64,000 nucleotides of DNA from Octopus bimaculoides (taxonomy: Eukaryota): NCBI RefSeq assembly GCF_001194135.2, contig NC_068984.1:59092323-59156322 (forward strand), written 5' to 3'. Shown piece by piece: positions 1 to 11,985 of the stretch. Made by a program: the position numbers and the translations under genes. The notes under the pieces are model-generated. The model ran no database searches and was not told the origin of the DNA. It worked only from the letters and a program-made list of their open reading frames with translations. The number at the start of each line of letters is the position of its first letter. Position 1 is the stretch's first letter.

Positions 1-726
1 TTGATTTTATTGACTCAAAAAATGTCCTCTTGCTTCTTCTTATGGTTTGTTTGTTTTTTTCACTTCTCCTCCTTCTCTTCTCTTATTCAACTACCTCACT
101 TTCCTTGTTCATCTCCTCTTCACTATTCCCTCATGACCTCCTAAGCTAATCTCATTATTTCAAAAGTTATGTTCTATTTTCTAGGTGAAAAATCTTTTTG
201 TATCTCAACCGTCCTTGACAAAGTACAATAAGGCTAGTTGATAATCTGAACCATCCTTGACATTCAGCAATAACGGAAAGTCTCTTGAATACTTCAAATT
301 GCAAAACACACCACAAAATTCCACAATATGATCGAGGTAATATTTGATTTTTTTGTTTTTTAACAAGAAAGATAACCCAAAACAAAAACCGTTACCTCAA
401 ATTAATAATAATTTCAAAACTTTTAGGCATTTAAATTCTTTATGTCAAAATACACACATATACCCATGCATATACATTAAACAAAAATGTATAAACCTGA
501 AAACACAAAGAGAAAGAAAAATAGTAACTAACAAAGCAATTAATATCTTTCTTTTCTTTCGGTTCTAATGAAACCCATGCAATTATAAACCAAGATATTC
601 ATTTTATATGAAAAATTGTGACCTCTTGCATTGTTGGTCACAGGATTCTTGTAATCAAGTTACTGATTTACATTATTGATGGCAATTACATCCTTAATCA
701 ATATATGATGTAAGCATGTTATGTAT

Positions 727-945
727 ATCATCATCATCATCATCATAGTCATTATTTAATGTCTCTTTTCCATGCTGGCTTGGGTCAGACAGTTTGACTG
801 GAGCTGGTAAGCCAGAGAGCTGCATGAGGCTCCAGTCTATCTATGATTGGATGCCCCTCCTAATACCAACTATTCTTGAGAATGTACTGGGTGCCCTATA
901 TGTGTCACCAACACCGGTGTGTTTTACATGTCACTGGCATTGGTC
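727..945 (-). mobile_element. RTE-type 3' tail repeat (family F), 5'-truncated, with (GAT)n tail
   Basis: Reverse complement of the 3' terminal unit at 3420-3600 and 48967-49210 (AGGAAGGGCATCCA...CCCATGCYAGCATGGAAA); (ATC)n at 727-746. Confidence 0.75.
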
Positions 946-1054
946 ACCACCATGGTTTACCTACATCGCTCTGTCAGTAGAGCATCAAACTTTAAATGTG
1001 TGTGTGTGTCTGTATGTATATATATATATATATAAATATATATATATATGTAAG

Positions 1055-1325
1055 ACCTCAGATTTTATTCCACTGCATGGCATCTTGAGCAAATGTTATT
1101 TACCATAGCTTTGGGTTAATCAAAGCCTTGTGAGTAAAGGAAGGTAAAAAGAAAGTGGGTGAAAGCCCATCAGGTAGAATATACCTGTAATTCAAAAGTC
1201 CAACTTTGTTGCACACTGATTCATGCTGTTTCTACCTGAAGATTACTTTCAGAGTACATGTGTCTCTGGAATACTCAACCACTTGCATGCTAATTCAATG
1301 ACTGGATAATCCAGTTGAATAAACA
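1055..1325 (+). mobile_element. Chimeric SINE: SINE-A head/CORE-like segment joined to a SINE-C-like body
   Basis: CATCTTGAGCAAATG...CAAAGCCTTGTGAGT matches the SINE-A head region; the following CCTGTAATTCAAAAG...CAACCACTTGCATGCTAATT matches the body of the SINE at 18019-18404. Confidence 0.6.
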
Positions 1326-1355
1326 GTTGAATACTTATCATCAAAAACTAATGCA

Positions 1356-1503
1356 GAAGCTTGCTTCCCAACCATGTAGTCTTGGGTTCAGTTTCATTGC
1401 ATTGCACCTTGGGCAGATATCTTCCACTATAGTCCCAAGCAGACCAAATCCTTATGAGTGGATTTGGTATATGGAAACTGAAAGAAGCCGTTCTGTGTGT
1501 GTG
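1356..1503 (+). mobile_element. SINE-A 5' part (tRNA head + CORE-like domain)
   Basis: B-box-like GGTTCAGTTT, CACCTTGGGCAG, CTTATGAGTGGATTTGG, GAAACTGAAAGAAGCC, ending in (TG)n. Confidence 0.8.
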
Positions 1504-1504
1504 C

Positions 1505-1883
1505 GTGGCTGTGTGGTAAGAAGTTTGCTTCACATCCTCATGGTTCCAGGTTCAGTCTCACTGGGTGGAACCCTGGGGAAATGTCTTCTACTATAGCCTT
1601 AAGCCAACCAAAGCCCTGTGAGTGGATTTGGTAGATAGAAACTGAAAGAAGGCTGTCATATATATGTGTGCGTGTGTGTGTATACATTCTCCACAACTGC
1701 TTGACTAGAGTTTGTATGTTTATGTCCCTGTAACTTGGCAGTTCAGCAAAAAGAATTCAATAAAATAAGTACCAGTTTTAACATTAAAATATCGATTGGG
1801 GTCAACTCATTTGATTAAAATTCTTCAAGGCAGTGCCCCAGCATGGCTGCAGTCTGATGACTGAAACAAGTAAAAGATAAAAG
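1505..1883 (+). mobile_element. SINE-A (octopus tRNA-derived CORE-like SINE), near full length
   Basis: A box GTGGCTGTGTGGT, B box GGTTCAGTC, central (TG)n, 3' end GCAGTC..GACTGAAACAAGTAAAAG; homologous to 5782-6183 and 63572-63995. Confidence 0.9.
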
Positions 1884-1914
1884 ATATATGTACACACATA
1901 CATACATATATATG

Positions 1915-2141
1915 TGCGTGCGTGTTGAGACATCACATGATGGCTGTAAATGAACATCACTATTTTACAAACATCATCTTCTATAAAAAACATGTCTGAC
2001 CATGGTGAATATTACCCAACTTGGAAACAGGTGAGTGGTGGTGACAGGGAGAGCATCTGGCTGTAGAAAATCTGCCTCAACAAATTTCATCTGATGCAAG
2101 CAAACATAGTGAAGTGGATGCTGAATAATGATGATATGATG
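1915..2141 (+). mobile_element. 3' module of SINE-A2 (RTE-like tail)
   Basis: TTGGAAACAGGTGAG...GCATCTGGCTGTAGAAAATCTGCC, (GAT) tail; homologous to 25990-26131 and 27258-27490. Confidence 0.7.
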
Positions 2142-2172
2142 CTGTGTGTGTGTGTGTGTCCGTGTCCCCATA

Positions 2173-2212
<40 letters not shown>

Positions 2213-2213
2213 T

Positions 2214-2717
2214 NNNNNNNNNNNNNNNNNNNNNNNNNNNNNNNNNNNNNNNNNNNNNNNNNNNNNNNNNNNNNNNNNNNNNNNNNNNNNNNNNNNNNNN
2301 NNNNNNNNNNNNNNNNNNNNNNNNNNNNNNNNNNNNNNNNNNNNNNNNNNNNNNNNNNNNNNNNNNNNNNNNNNNNNNNNNNNNNNNNNNNNNNNNNNNN
2401 NNNNNNNNNNNNNNNNNNNNNNNNNNNNNNNNNNNNNNNNNNNNNNNNNNNNNNNNNNNNNNNNNNNNNNNNNNNNNNNNNNNNNNNNNNNNNNNNNNNN
2501 NNNNNNNNNNNNNNNNNNNNNNNNNNNNNNNNNNNNNNNNNNNNNNNNNNNNNNNNNNNNNNNNNNNNNNNNNNNNNNNNNNNNNNNNNNNNNNNNNNNN
2601 NNNNNNNNNNNNNNNNNNNNNNNNNNNNNNNNNNNNNNNNNNNNNNNNNNNNNNNNNNNNNNNNNNNNNNNNNNNNNNNNNNNNNNNNNNNNNNNNNNNN
2701 NNNNNNNNNNNNNNNNN
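2214..2717. other. Assembly gap (N run)
   Basis: 504 N flanked on the left by (TA)n/poly-T. Confidence 1.
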
Positions 2718-3600
2718 TGGTCATTTGGCAAGAATGGATGAGGATTGCTGTGTGAAAAAGTGCCACAGGCTAGTGGTTGAGGGAACCTGTGGAAGAGGTA
2801 GACCCAGGAAGCCCTGGGATGAGGTGGTGAAGCACAACCTTCAAACATTAGGCCTCACCGAGGCAATGACTAGTGACCGAGACCTTTGGAAATATGCTGT
2901 GCGTGGGAAGACCCGGCAAGACAAGTGAGACCATAACCTGTGGCCTTTACCAGGGGTGTAGCCAGCCCACTTATGTGTACCTTTCTTTCTTTGGACACAA
3001 AACCTTGCTTGCGAAGACCTGTTGAGGCAAGTGAAATTAAAATCGAAATTGAACCAAATTCGATGATTGGCACCCATGCCAACCTTCCTTCATTGGACAC
3101 TAAACTCAGCTTGCGAAGACCTGTTGGGGCAAGTGAGATCGAAACTGAGTCAAATTCAATGACTGGCACCTGTGCCAGTGGAGTGCTAACAGCACCAACT
3201 GAGCGGGATCACTGCCAGAGCAGCGGTCTCGCTTCCGTGCCGGTGGCATGTAAAAAGCACCATTTGAGCGCGATCGTTTCCAGCTTCGCCTTACTGGCAC
3301 TTGTGCCGGGTGGCATGTGAACAAAACATTGAACTGACACCTATGCAGGTGGCACGTAAAAAACACCATTTGAGCATATCTGTTGCCAGTACCGCCGAAC
3401 TGGCCCTCGTGCCAGTGGCACATAAAAAGCACCCACTACACTCTCGGAGTGGTTGACATTAGGAAGGGCATCCAGCCGTAGAAACTCTCCCAGATCAGAT
3501 TGGAGTCTGGTGTAGCCATCTGGTTTGCCAGTCCCCGGTCAAATCGTCCAACCCATGCTAGCATGGAAAGCGGACGTTAAATGATGATGATGATGATGAT
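2718..3600 (+). mobile_element. RTE-clade LINE 3' end (ORF C-terminus, 3' UTR, (GAT)n tail)
   Basis: 2718-2928 reads GHLARMDEDCCVKKCHRLVVEGTCGRGRPRKPWDEVV...DRDLW, matching the RTE C-terminal GHxxRM...G.R.RGRP..W motif; ends in (GAT)n at ~3582-3600. The 5' part is hidden by the gap. Confidence 0.9.
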
Positions 3601-5781
3601 ATATATAAGCATACACACATATGATGTGCTTCCAAAGTTTTCATGTATCATATTCTACTCACAAGTTATTAGCCAATCAGAAGCTAGGGAAGATACTCTT
3701 GATAGGACACTGTTAATTCACATTTCCTGGACCTCATCGTTACAAAGCATTCTTCTCAACCACACCAACATGCTTGATCCCATATTTCATCTTAGTTCTT
3801 CATCAATCATTTTCTTTTTCCTGGTGCCTATATTTTTAACTGCATTTTTCTTTTATATCTATAGATATATATATATACACACAAGCATAACTGCACATAA
3901 AATATGATATACTAACAAAATACACTGCAAAGCAGGCATAAGCATCCCCTTGTATGTGTACCTATGTGATCAATTAATCATAATAGTATTTCTAATAATA
4001 AAAAACTAAATATTTACTCAACAATTCATGTAATGATTGCTAAGTAACTAGTTTTAGGTAAATTGTGTTGTAATTTTTCTTTTCAGAAAATGTTGACTTA
4101 ACCAATGTTGATACTTTTATTATTCATGAGCTTTTTTTTATAGCAGTGTCCTGTTAGAAAGAGTAGAGCGTTGAAATAAATGAATCTCAGCATTTAGATA
4201 TGCTTCTCAGTTCTGAAATCAATTCCTTGCTAAAGTCAGTGTCTGATGTTACCTTTTATTACTGTAGTGGAGGTTGACAAAAAGAAATACCAGTCATACA
4301 TTTGTATTGATTCAATTGACTATGTTCTCCACTGCAAATTTATGGTATTGTTCCAGTGTTAAAATATATAGAAAACAATGTAATATAAGCCATTTTTGTG
4401 TGAGTATATGTCTTCTGTCATAGTATGACACAGTAACTTCATGGAGATGAAGTTCACCACTCAGTCCCCATTCCCAGTTAAAATTTATTTTCACTTCATT
4501 TAGATTAATACCTTTGAGAAAGGTATGAACATCACAACTTCTTATTCATGTGGGAATATAATTCTTAGTTTTATTACCTATGTAAGATAATGGTGGTCTT
4601 GGCACTGGAGGTAGTGAGGATATATTTCCTACCTGCAATATAAACAAGAGTGCATTTTGCACCAAAAAGCCAATGTGAGAGTTGCTCTCATGGTAACTAC
4701 CACAGTAAAATTTGTTCTAATAAAATATCCACATTTAAGTGCAGATAAATATTACCTGCAAGTATTAATGTTGTCTCTGTTGCTAATATATATTTGCCAA
4801 TTATGAATTTTTCATGTGTCAAGCAGTAGTGGTAAACTCTTAGAAATAATCATTGAGTTTTGCTTTTTTTTTTGTTTGTTTCTTTTGGTGCAAGAGTAGT
4901 AGTAGTGGTGGTGGTGGGTCTCTCTACATATTTGTTTTTACTTTGCTTTCTATAAGGCTCCATGCATTAAAAAATGTGTTAATAATGGTTACATGCAGCC
5001 TAGGTGAAACTGGTGCACTTAGAATACAAGGACTCTGGAGAACTGCATGACTAGCATGGTTTTTGCATTTCACATTAATTACAAAGAAATGTACATCAAG
5101 TCTATGTAAAATATATTATCATTTATAAGCTTTAGTTGTCTTGTTAGGTAATTCTGTGATGATAAACAGTGAAAATCACATATAGTTAACTCAAATATAC
5201 AAGGTTTTGGGGAGTTTTTTTAAAGACATATTTATTTTTAGACAGTAATTGCTGAAGTATATATTTTCATTAAATGAGAAAATTGATTTATATTATTCTT
5301 CTTCACTAAAATATAAACCTTTGCAAGAGAAGCAACTATTCTCTCCGTTCTCTCAGCCTCGTCAAGATAAATAAAAAAAAAGGCAAAATCACTCAGGTAT
5401 TATATATTTACAGAAATGAGTGCAATGTTAATTTCTGCACTAAACCCAATTTATAGTCTGAACTTACAGAGCAGCTTCAATAAATCCCCGAAATAGCTAA
5501 TGTTAAGAGATAAAAGTCAGCATTTTCATGTTTTGTCTATTAGTTTCAAAACTGTTATGATGCAGCAATCAGTTTTATCATATCTACTTCTCTTTGTGCA
5601 ATTATTAGAACTCTTAACCAAATAGCAAAATGAAAACAGATGATCATGCCTCTACTACCTCACTACATTACACATCAATTATTACATGTTGGAGTATATA
5701 AGGTTTTCTCTGAATGCATTTAACTACAGCCCAATCCAGAAAACTATTGTTTTAGGTTGCTCCTAAATATTCAGCTTACGC

Positions 5782-6183
5782 TTTACTCTTTTACTTGTTT
5801 CAGTCATTTGACTGCAGCCATGCTGGTGCACCGCCTTTAGTCGAGCAAATCGACCCCAGGACTTATTCTTTGTAAGCCTAGTACTTATTCTATCGGTCTC
5901 TTTTTTGCCGAACCGCTAAGTTACAAGGATGTAAACACACCAGCATCGGTTGTCAAGCTATGGTGGGGGAACAAACACAGACACACAAATACACACACAT
6001 ATATATATATACATATATATGACAGGCTTCTTTCAGTTTCCGTCTACCAAATCCACTCACAAGGCTTTGGTCGGCCCGAGGCTATAGTAGAAGACACATG
6101 CCCAAGGTGTCACGCAGTGGGACTGAACCCGGAACCATGTGGTTGGTAAGCAAGCTACTTACCACACAGCCACTCCTGCACCT
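5782..6183 (-). mobile_element. SINE-A, full length, relatively young
   Basis: All modules present in reverse; many CpG retained; close to the 63572-63995 copy. Confidence 0.95.
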
Positions 6184-6292
6184 ATAGATTTGTTAAGCTG
6201 TTAGTCAAATTTTCTTTTTTTTTTTATTGAGGTACAGCAGTTTCATTCAGTGAATTAATGGCAAACCTTAGTTATAGTATTTTATATCTTGT

Positions 6293-6512
6293 TAAGGTGG
6301 CAAGCTAGCAGAATGTCACTGTGCCAGGTAAAATGCTAAGAAGCATTTCTCCTGACTTTATGTTCTGAGTTCAAATGCTACTGGAGTTGACTTTCACTTT
6401 TCATCCTTTCAGGGTCGATAAAGTAAGTACCAGTTGAGCACTAGGGTCAATTAATTGACTTGGACCCACCTTCAAAACTATTGGCCTTGTGTCAAAATTT
6501 GAAATCAGTATT
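6293..6512 (+). mobile_element. SINE-B (tRNA head, central TTTCATCCTTTC.GGGTCGATAAA..AGTACCAG domain)
   Basis: TAAGGTGGCAAGCTAGCAGAAT head, B box GAGTTCAAAT, central domain, tail GGCCTTGTGTCAAAATTTGAAA. Confidence 0.85.
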
Positions 6513-6637
6513 TTATATCTTGTAGCTGTGTCTCGAAATTCATTTAAATGTTTATTAAAAATAAAATATGTATTAAAGCAACAATAGTTTGAATATCTAT
6601 TAGTAAATCCCACATACACATGCAGACACATATACAT

Positions 6638-6897
6638 GAGTCTTTACTGTCTTGGGTCCTAGGACTCATAGCATTAGTTACCTAGTTTCCATGGTATGTA
6701 AGCGATTGATGTCACAACATTCTACCTGAACAGGACACCAACCCACTGCAGGATTTTCTCATTTACAGCTGTGTGGGCTGGAGCAACATGAAATGAAGTG
6801 TTTTGCTCAAGAGCACAACACAACTGGTCCAGGAATTGAAACTACAATCTTGCGATCATAAGTGCAACACCATACCCACTAGGCCACATGCTTTCAC
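6638..6897 (-). mobile_element. SINE-E-type tRNA SINE (CTTGAGCAA.ACACTT core), alternative tail
   Basis: Minus strand GTGAAAGCATGTGGCCTAGTGG head and GTGTTGTGCTCTTGAGCAAAACACTTC core shared with 43820-44144, but with a different 3' part, shared with 38097-38330. Confidence 0.75.
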
Positions 6898-7939
6898 TAT
6901 ATTCATCATGTTTGTAATTAATTTTGATTTTGTGGTTTTATATGGAAGAAAAATAATTTTCTCTCTAGAAAGGATCCTAGTCTATAGCAGGTAACATACC
7001 TGAAGTTTCTAATGTCTTTCCTTCACGGCTAAGTAAATTAAACCGTATAGAATTATGTGACTGCCCAAATCAAGCCAAAATATCTGAAAGGGTTATTTAA
7101 ATTCACAAACCACTAGTTAAAAGTCTAACATTTTCGTCAGTCATCTATTTCACTTCTTTTTCAGTATTTATGGGCATATTTATTTATTCTTGAATTCCAT
7201 GATAAGGCTATTTTAAGGTTTTGTACCAAATATTTAACAAATCTGTAATAAGCTTATTTAATATTTAATAACAAATCCATTATAAGTATATTTGAAATTT
7301 AATATCTTTCAAAGAATCCCACTTGCATATTATATTAAGTCTTTCTTGATAATTTGATAACCTTATAATTGAAAAACACATGTAGGCTTGATGTAGGGAA
7401 TGCAGTTTTAAATATGTAGAAATGGGTTTATCAGAGACTTTTGTGACAAACAGTTTAATAGATATACACTCTGCTAAGGTGAAAATAGAAATTGAATAAC
7501 AAAAATTAATCTGCATTATAGTTATCTCCATAATATTTCATGAACATGCCACAAACACACGCTCTAAAACATATTTGCAAACTTGCACATACAATCATGT
7601 TGATTAAATTATTTGATAAGTCTTCTTTAGTTGAGGCAATAATGTTGTTATGTTAATTGATCTTTACATCAATATTAGATATTTAAATTATTATTTCTTA
7701 GTATGCTTTCATTAATAATGTTAATTAAACTCTGGGAATGCAAGAAACTGGTTAAATACTAGTTTATCAATCTTAAAATTATTGATTAATTGAGATGCAA
7801 TTAGCAATTTATCTATAGTATTCACTCTACGTAGTTTCCAAACTCCACAGACATGGCTTGTCACATCTGAAAAATTTAGAATACTGACAGGAATAAAATA
7901 AATTGCAATAACCAATTAGTTTGTAATGATGAGGCTCTA

Positions 7940-8116
7940 TGTTGCTGCTCAACTGTCTGAAATAGCAGCTAAATAGCTCTACTATCTTTAAAATGGAAGG
8001 CCACATTAGGTATTGTAGTTCTAGCTTATCAAAAATATATGCTGGCCAAGGCTGCACTATATTTGATTCATAAGCCTGCTTGATCAGAACTGACCTGACA
8101 CTAAACAATATCAACA
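7940..8116 (+). repeat. Dispersed repeat family D (CTAGAAATAGCAGCCAAATC...GGGGCTAAACAACAAC)
   Basis: Homologous to at least ten other copies in the window; the (AAC)n-like end suggests a retroposed origin. Confidence 0.65.
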
Positions 8117-8244
8117 GATTTAATACAAAAAATAAGATAAAACTTTTTCAAATTTCATTTGTTGGAAATATAGTGACTTCAATCATATCAGTTAAGTTTA
8201 ATTAATTTAAATGCTTGGTCAAAAGATTTATTAAGAATATGTGA

Positions 8245-8446
8245 TATTGGTTTCAAATTTTGTCTCAACGCCAGCAATTTTGGGGGAGGGGTAAGTCGAT
8301 TACATTGACCCCAGTGCTTATTTATCAACCTCAAAAGAGTGAAAGGCAAAGTCAACCTAGGCAGAATTTGAACTCGGAACTTAAAGACGAAATGCTGCTA
8401 TGCATTTTGACTGGCATGTTAACAATTTTTCCAGCTCACTGCCTTA
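8245..8446 (-). mobile_element. SINE-B
   Basis: Reverse complement of the 6293-6512 unit. Confidence 0.85.
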
Positions 8447-9585
8447 GGAATATATGATATTGATAATGAAAGCTGGTATATGAAAACTGAAGGAATATTT
8501 TTAATTTAACATTTTCAGAGATATATTTTGGAAATTTAACAGTTGACTCCATGAAGACATTTAAATTTTTTTTTTTAAATATGTAACTTTATTAACTGAT
8601 TTTCATGTTCATATATCTATCATGCTCTATTTAAGCTCAAATTATCAGTTAATCTTTCACTGTTAATATTAATCTGTTGAAAATATCAGATTTATTTTGA
8701 TATATTTTTTTATGTTTTAATGGAAACATTATTAGTGTTAATTAGAGTGTAGTAGAGTCATTGTGGTTGTTTAAAACAAGCATACAATGTTATATTCACA
8801 AAAATAGTAAGTTTTTTTGTTAGTTTGGTCACCAGTACTCCATTCCACTGTATCTTGGCTGTCTCTGTATTCTGTATGGTAGAATAGAATTATCGTTTCT
8901 TTTTTTGTTTCTTTTCTTTTTAATTTCGGCTCTTTTTTGTTTTATTTGTTATATGGATATTTAATTACATATGTTTTTAATGTATATTCATTTTTATGGC
9001 TAGATGTTCATTTTAGGCAAATTATTCCACTACTAAATAGGATGAGAGTGTCATATCAGTTTCACAGCTTTGTAGACTAGAGAAAATAATATTAAACTAG
9101 CCTGACTGGTACAAATTCCATGATCAATGAATGCTTTTATTTGTTTTAATAATTGAATTATGACTCTTCAGAACATTGTTTCATTATGTTAAATATTTCA
9201 ATTAATGGTATAATGTTCTCAGTTTCATTCTATAGTTATTAATGCTTTTGATTTCATTCCTAAACTTTTAGATTCAAACTTGTCTTATTATGTTAAATGC
9301 TTCAGTTGTATTTTCAATTTCATTCCAAAGATTAAGACTGTTACAGTGTATCAAGTGAACTCATATAATGACAAACAGAATGAATTTATAAATCATTGCT
9401 TGAATATTAAGCAATTCTATGAGGTGGAACAGATGGCTATTTCCTATCTGGAAAAAGAAAAATAACCACCTTAACAAGTAAGTCAGTTCTTCTAGAAGGT
9501 AGGACTGTTTCCCCAGCTGCATAAACTAAGAAAACCAAATTAAGTTAGCCATAAATATTCACAACAGTTCAGAATAATCTAAGAC

Positions 9586-9831
9586 CAGTGGCAGACTGGC
9601 CAGGTTGCCAGCTTGCCTGATGCGGTTAGTATCTAAGGGGCCCATCCCCTCAAGTTTGAGAATTTTTTATTCACTCCTGGAAGAGTGCATTAATTATTTC
9701 AGCCTGGCTGTGTTTGTAGACAGTTGAAAAAAATACTTTTAACAAAAAAAAAAAAAAAAATATCATTGTAGTTGCGAGTGGACCCCCTTAGTCTCCTGGC
9801 AACCAATATTTTTAGACCCAGTCCACCACTG
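9586..9831. mobile_element. hAT-type MITE with 8-bp TSD
   Basis: TIR CAGTGGCAGACTGG / CCAGTCCACCACTG (2 mismatches in 14); flanks TCTAAGAC (9578-9585) and TGTAAGAC (9832-9839). An 8-bp TSD is typical of hAT. Confidence 0.85.
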
Positions 9832-11789
9832 TGTAAGACTATGGAATCAATGTTTTCTAATTAAAGTTGAAGTATTTAAAATTCATTTACTTATAAACTT
9901 GTATCAAAGTATTTATCTAATTTACTTGCATTGTATATTGACAAAGTTTAGTGTTGCAATGAGAAGTGTTTTAAAAACTTGAGGTCACCTGATAAATCTT
10001 ATTGAAGGTGCTTACTAATACACTTCTGCATTATTTGTGTTTATTTTTGATTTTCTTCACTATTTATAAATTCAATACACTGCACTTTTAATAAATACAA
10101 TATACTGTCATTTAAATAAATATTTATTTTCTTGAACAAAATCAAAGTTCTACTATGACACATGAATCATTACTTAGCTATTCAACAGGTACAATCTTCA
10201 TAAGATACAAGTTGTATTAACATAAAAAATCAAAGCACACTTAATCAAGCTTGTTCATTTTTGGCACTGGTTTGAAATTTGTGGATTTCTTACAGAAGAT
10301 TCATATTTGAAAGAAAATAAGAGAAACAGGGACCAAGAAACTGGCTCACTGTCAAGTCATGTTGCATTCACAAAATAATGAATATCGATACATTCTTTTG
10401 AAATATATCAAATGTAATATATAATTTTTGGAATATGTAAATGATTAATGTAGTGAAAAAATATAAATAGAAAAAAATTTAATGAAGCAATTTCAATGTA
10501 AAATTCTTGGCCCATGAAATAATTAAACTGCTGTGTAACTTAGGACAGATTTTTGATGGTAGAATCCTTAAGGAAACAACTATTGGGAAATACCTACACA
10601 CCTATCAGTGCTTGCCTGTGTTAGCTATTGTTTAGTTAAAGTGACTATGAGCAACAGATGTTGCTGGCACTAATTCATGCAGCACAGCTTTATACTTTTT
10701 ATCCTTCCCCTTCTAGACCAGTCAGCACTTAGAAATTACATTTTATAAAATAATATAGCATAATCAATAGGTAAATATGGTTTGAGTATGCTTTCCTGAA
10801 CCAAGATTTCTCTTGGCCTTGCTTTACTCCTATTCAGCTCTCATTGAAAGTTATTTTTCCAGGCCATTTTTATTGATTTATTATTTCTTAATTCACCTAT
10901 GACATACACTCATTCTATACATTCATTAGCACTAAACACACAATCTTTGTTTGTTTTATTTATATTCACCACTTGCTTGTAAATGTTGTTGTGATTTGCA
11001 GCTTATTCCTGTTTTTCAAGGTATCAAACAGTTAAATGACATCTCTACAACTTAATAAAAATGTCAGTTTATCACAAATTTTGCACTTAAAAACATATAA
11101 GCTTTGCACCAAGAGCTTATAAAATACTTATCATTAACCTAGAGTTGCACTTGATGCTGACAGGAGTGATCTGTGCATTTGTGTGGCACTTGTTTACGTC
11201 TGGGTGGACTGAGTCATTGAAAGTCACCTTTGCCAAGAATACAGAATTATTGATAAGATATGAAATGTTGACCATTTAGCCCCTTGTCTGTCTCCTTATT
11301 TATTAGACTAGTTGCAGCTCCCAATGAAAATCTAAATAAGAGAATTTGTATGTCATTATGAATGAAAAATTACAGAAATTCATTTCGATTAATTCTGTCT
11401 TATAGTGGAAGAGGTAGACTCATAATTATAGAGATTTTGTTGAAGCAATACAAGAATAAGATAGTTTTATGTTAATGCTGCTAAAATGGCTGATACAGTT
11501 ATTTTTTTTATTTTCCAAAATGCTTTAGGTTAATAATTGGATAAATGCATGCTCTGAAGCAATGTGTGTGTTAAATGAAGGAAACATTCTCTGGAAGAAT
11601 GACAGAACCATGGGAAAACATTAAATTAGAAGTGGCAATAGGAAGAAACGGTAATAGGAAGAAGACAAAGAAGAAGAAGACAACCAATACTATGAATGTC
11701 GTTTATTCTAATAATGGTTGAAAAATCAAAGGAAAGAGATTGTATGTATGGACCAAGAACTGAAAAAAGATATTTCAGTTCTGGTCTGG

Positions 11790-11985
11790 TTGATGTTGTT
11801 GTGTAGCTCCAGATCAGCTGTGATCATGTAGATCTATGATAAAAGCATTCCAACCATAACCACCTCATCTTATTTTCAGATAATATATCCAGCACTACAT
11901 TATCCAATGTGTCCTTTCTTTCAAAGACAGTAAGGTGTGGTTTGAGCAGAATATGATAATTTCTAGCAGGTTGACAACCTCATAA
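11790..11985 (-). repeat. Dispersed repeat family D
   Basis: GTTGTTGTGTAGCTCCAGATCAGC...ATTTCTAGCAGGTTGAC is the reverse complement of the family D unit. Confidence 0.7.

Noticed and set aside
185-336. Plus-strand exon-like segment (TTTTCTAG|...GAG|GTAATA)
   Set aside because: Stops in all three frames; at most a non-coding exon, with no supporting evidence.
1855-1870. CTGATGA-CT-GAAAC hammerhead-like string
   Set aside because: It is a loop variant of the SINE-A terminal hairpin CAGTC-AAAT-GACTG; there is no stem II and other copies lack CTGATGA.
2077-2928. 200-260 aa ORFs spanning 2214-2717 (likewise 62259-62753 and 51565-51768)
   Set aside because: Artefacts of N runs and flanking microsatellites.
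5782-6183. tRNA genes at SINE heads (also 18404, 44144, 63995)
   Set aside because: Only A/B boxes are retained; they are embedded in SINE bodies and form no complete cloverleaf.
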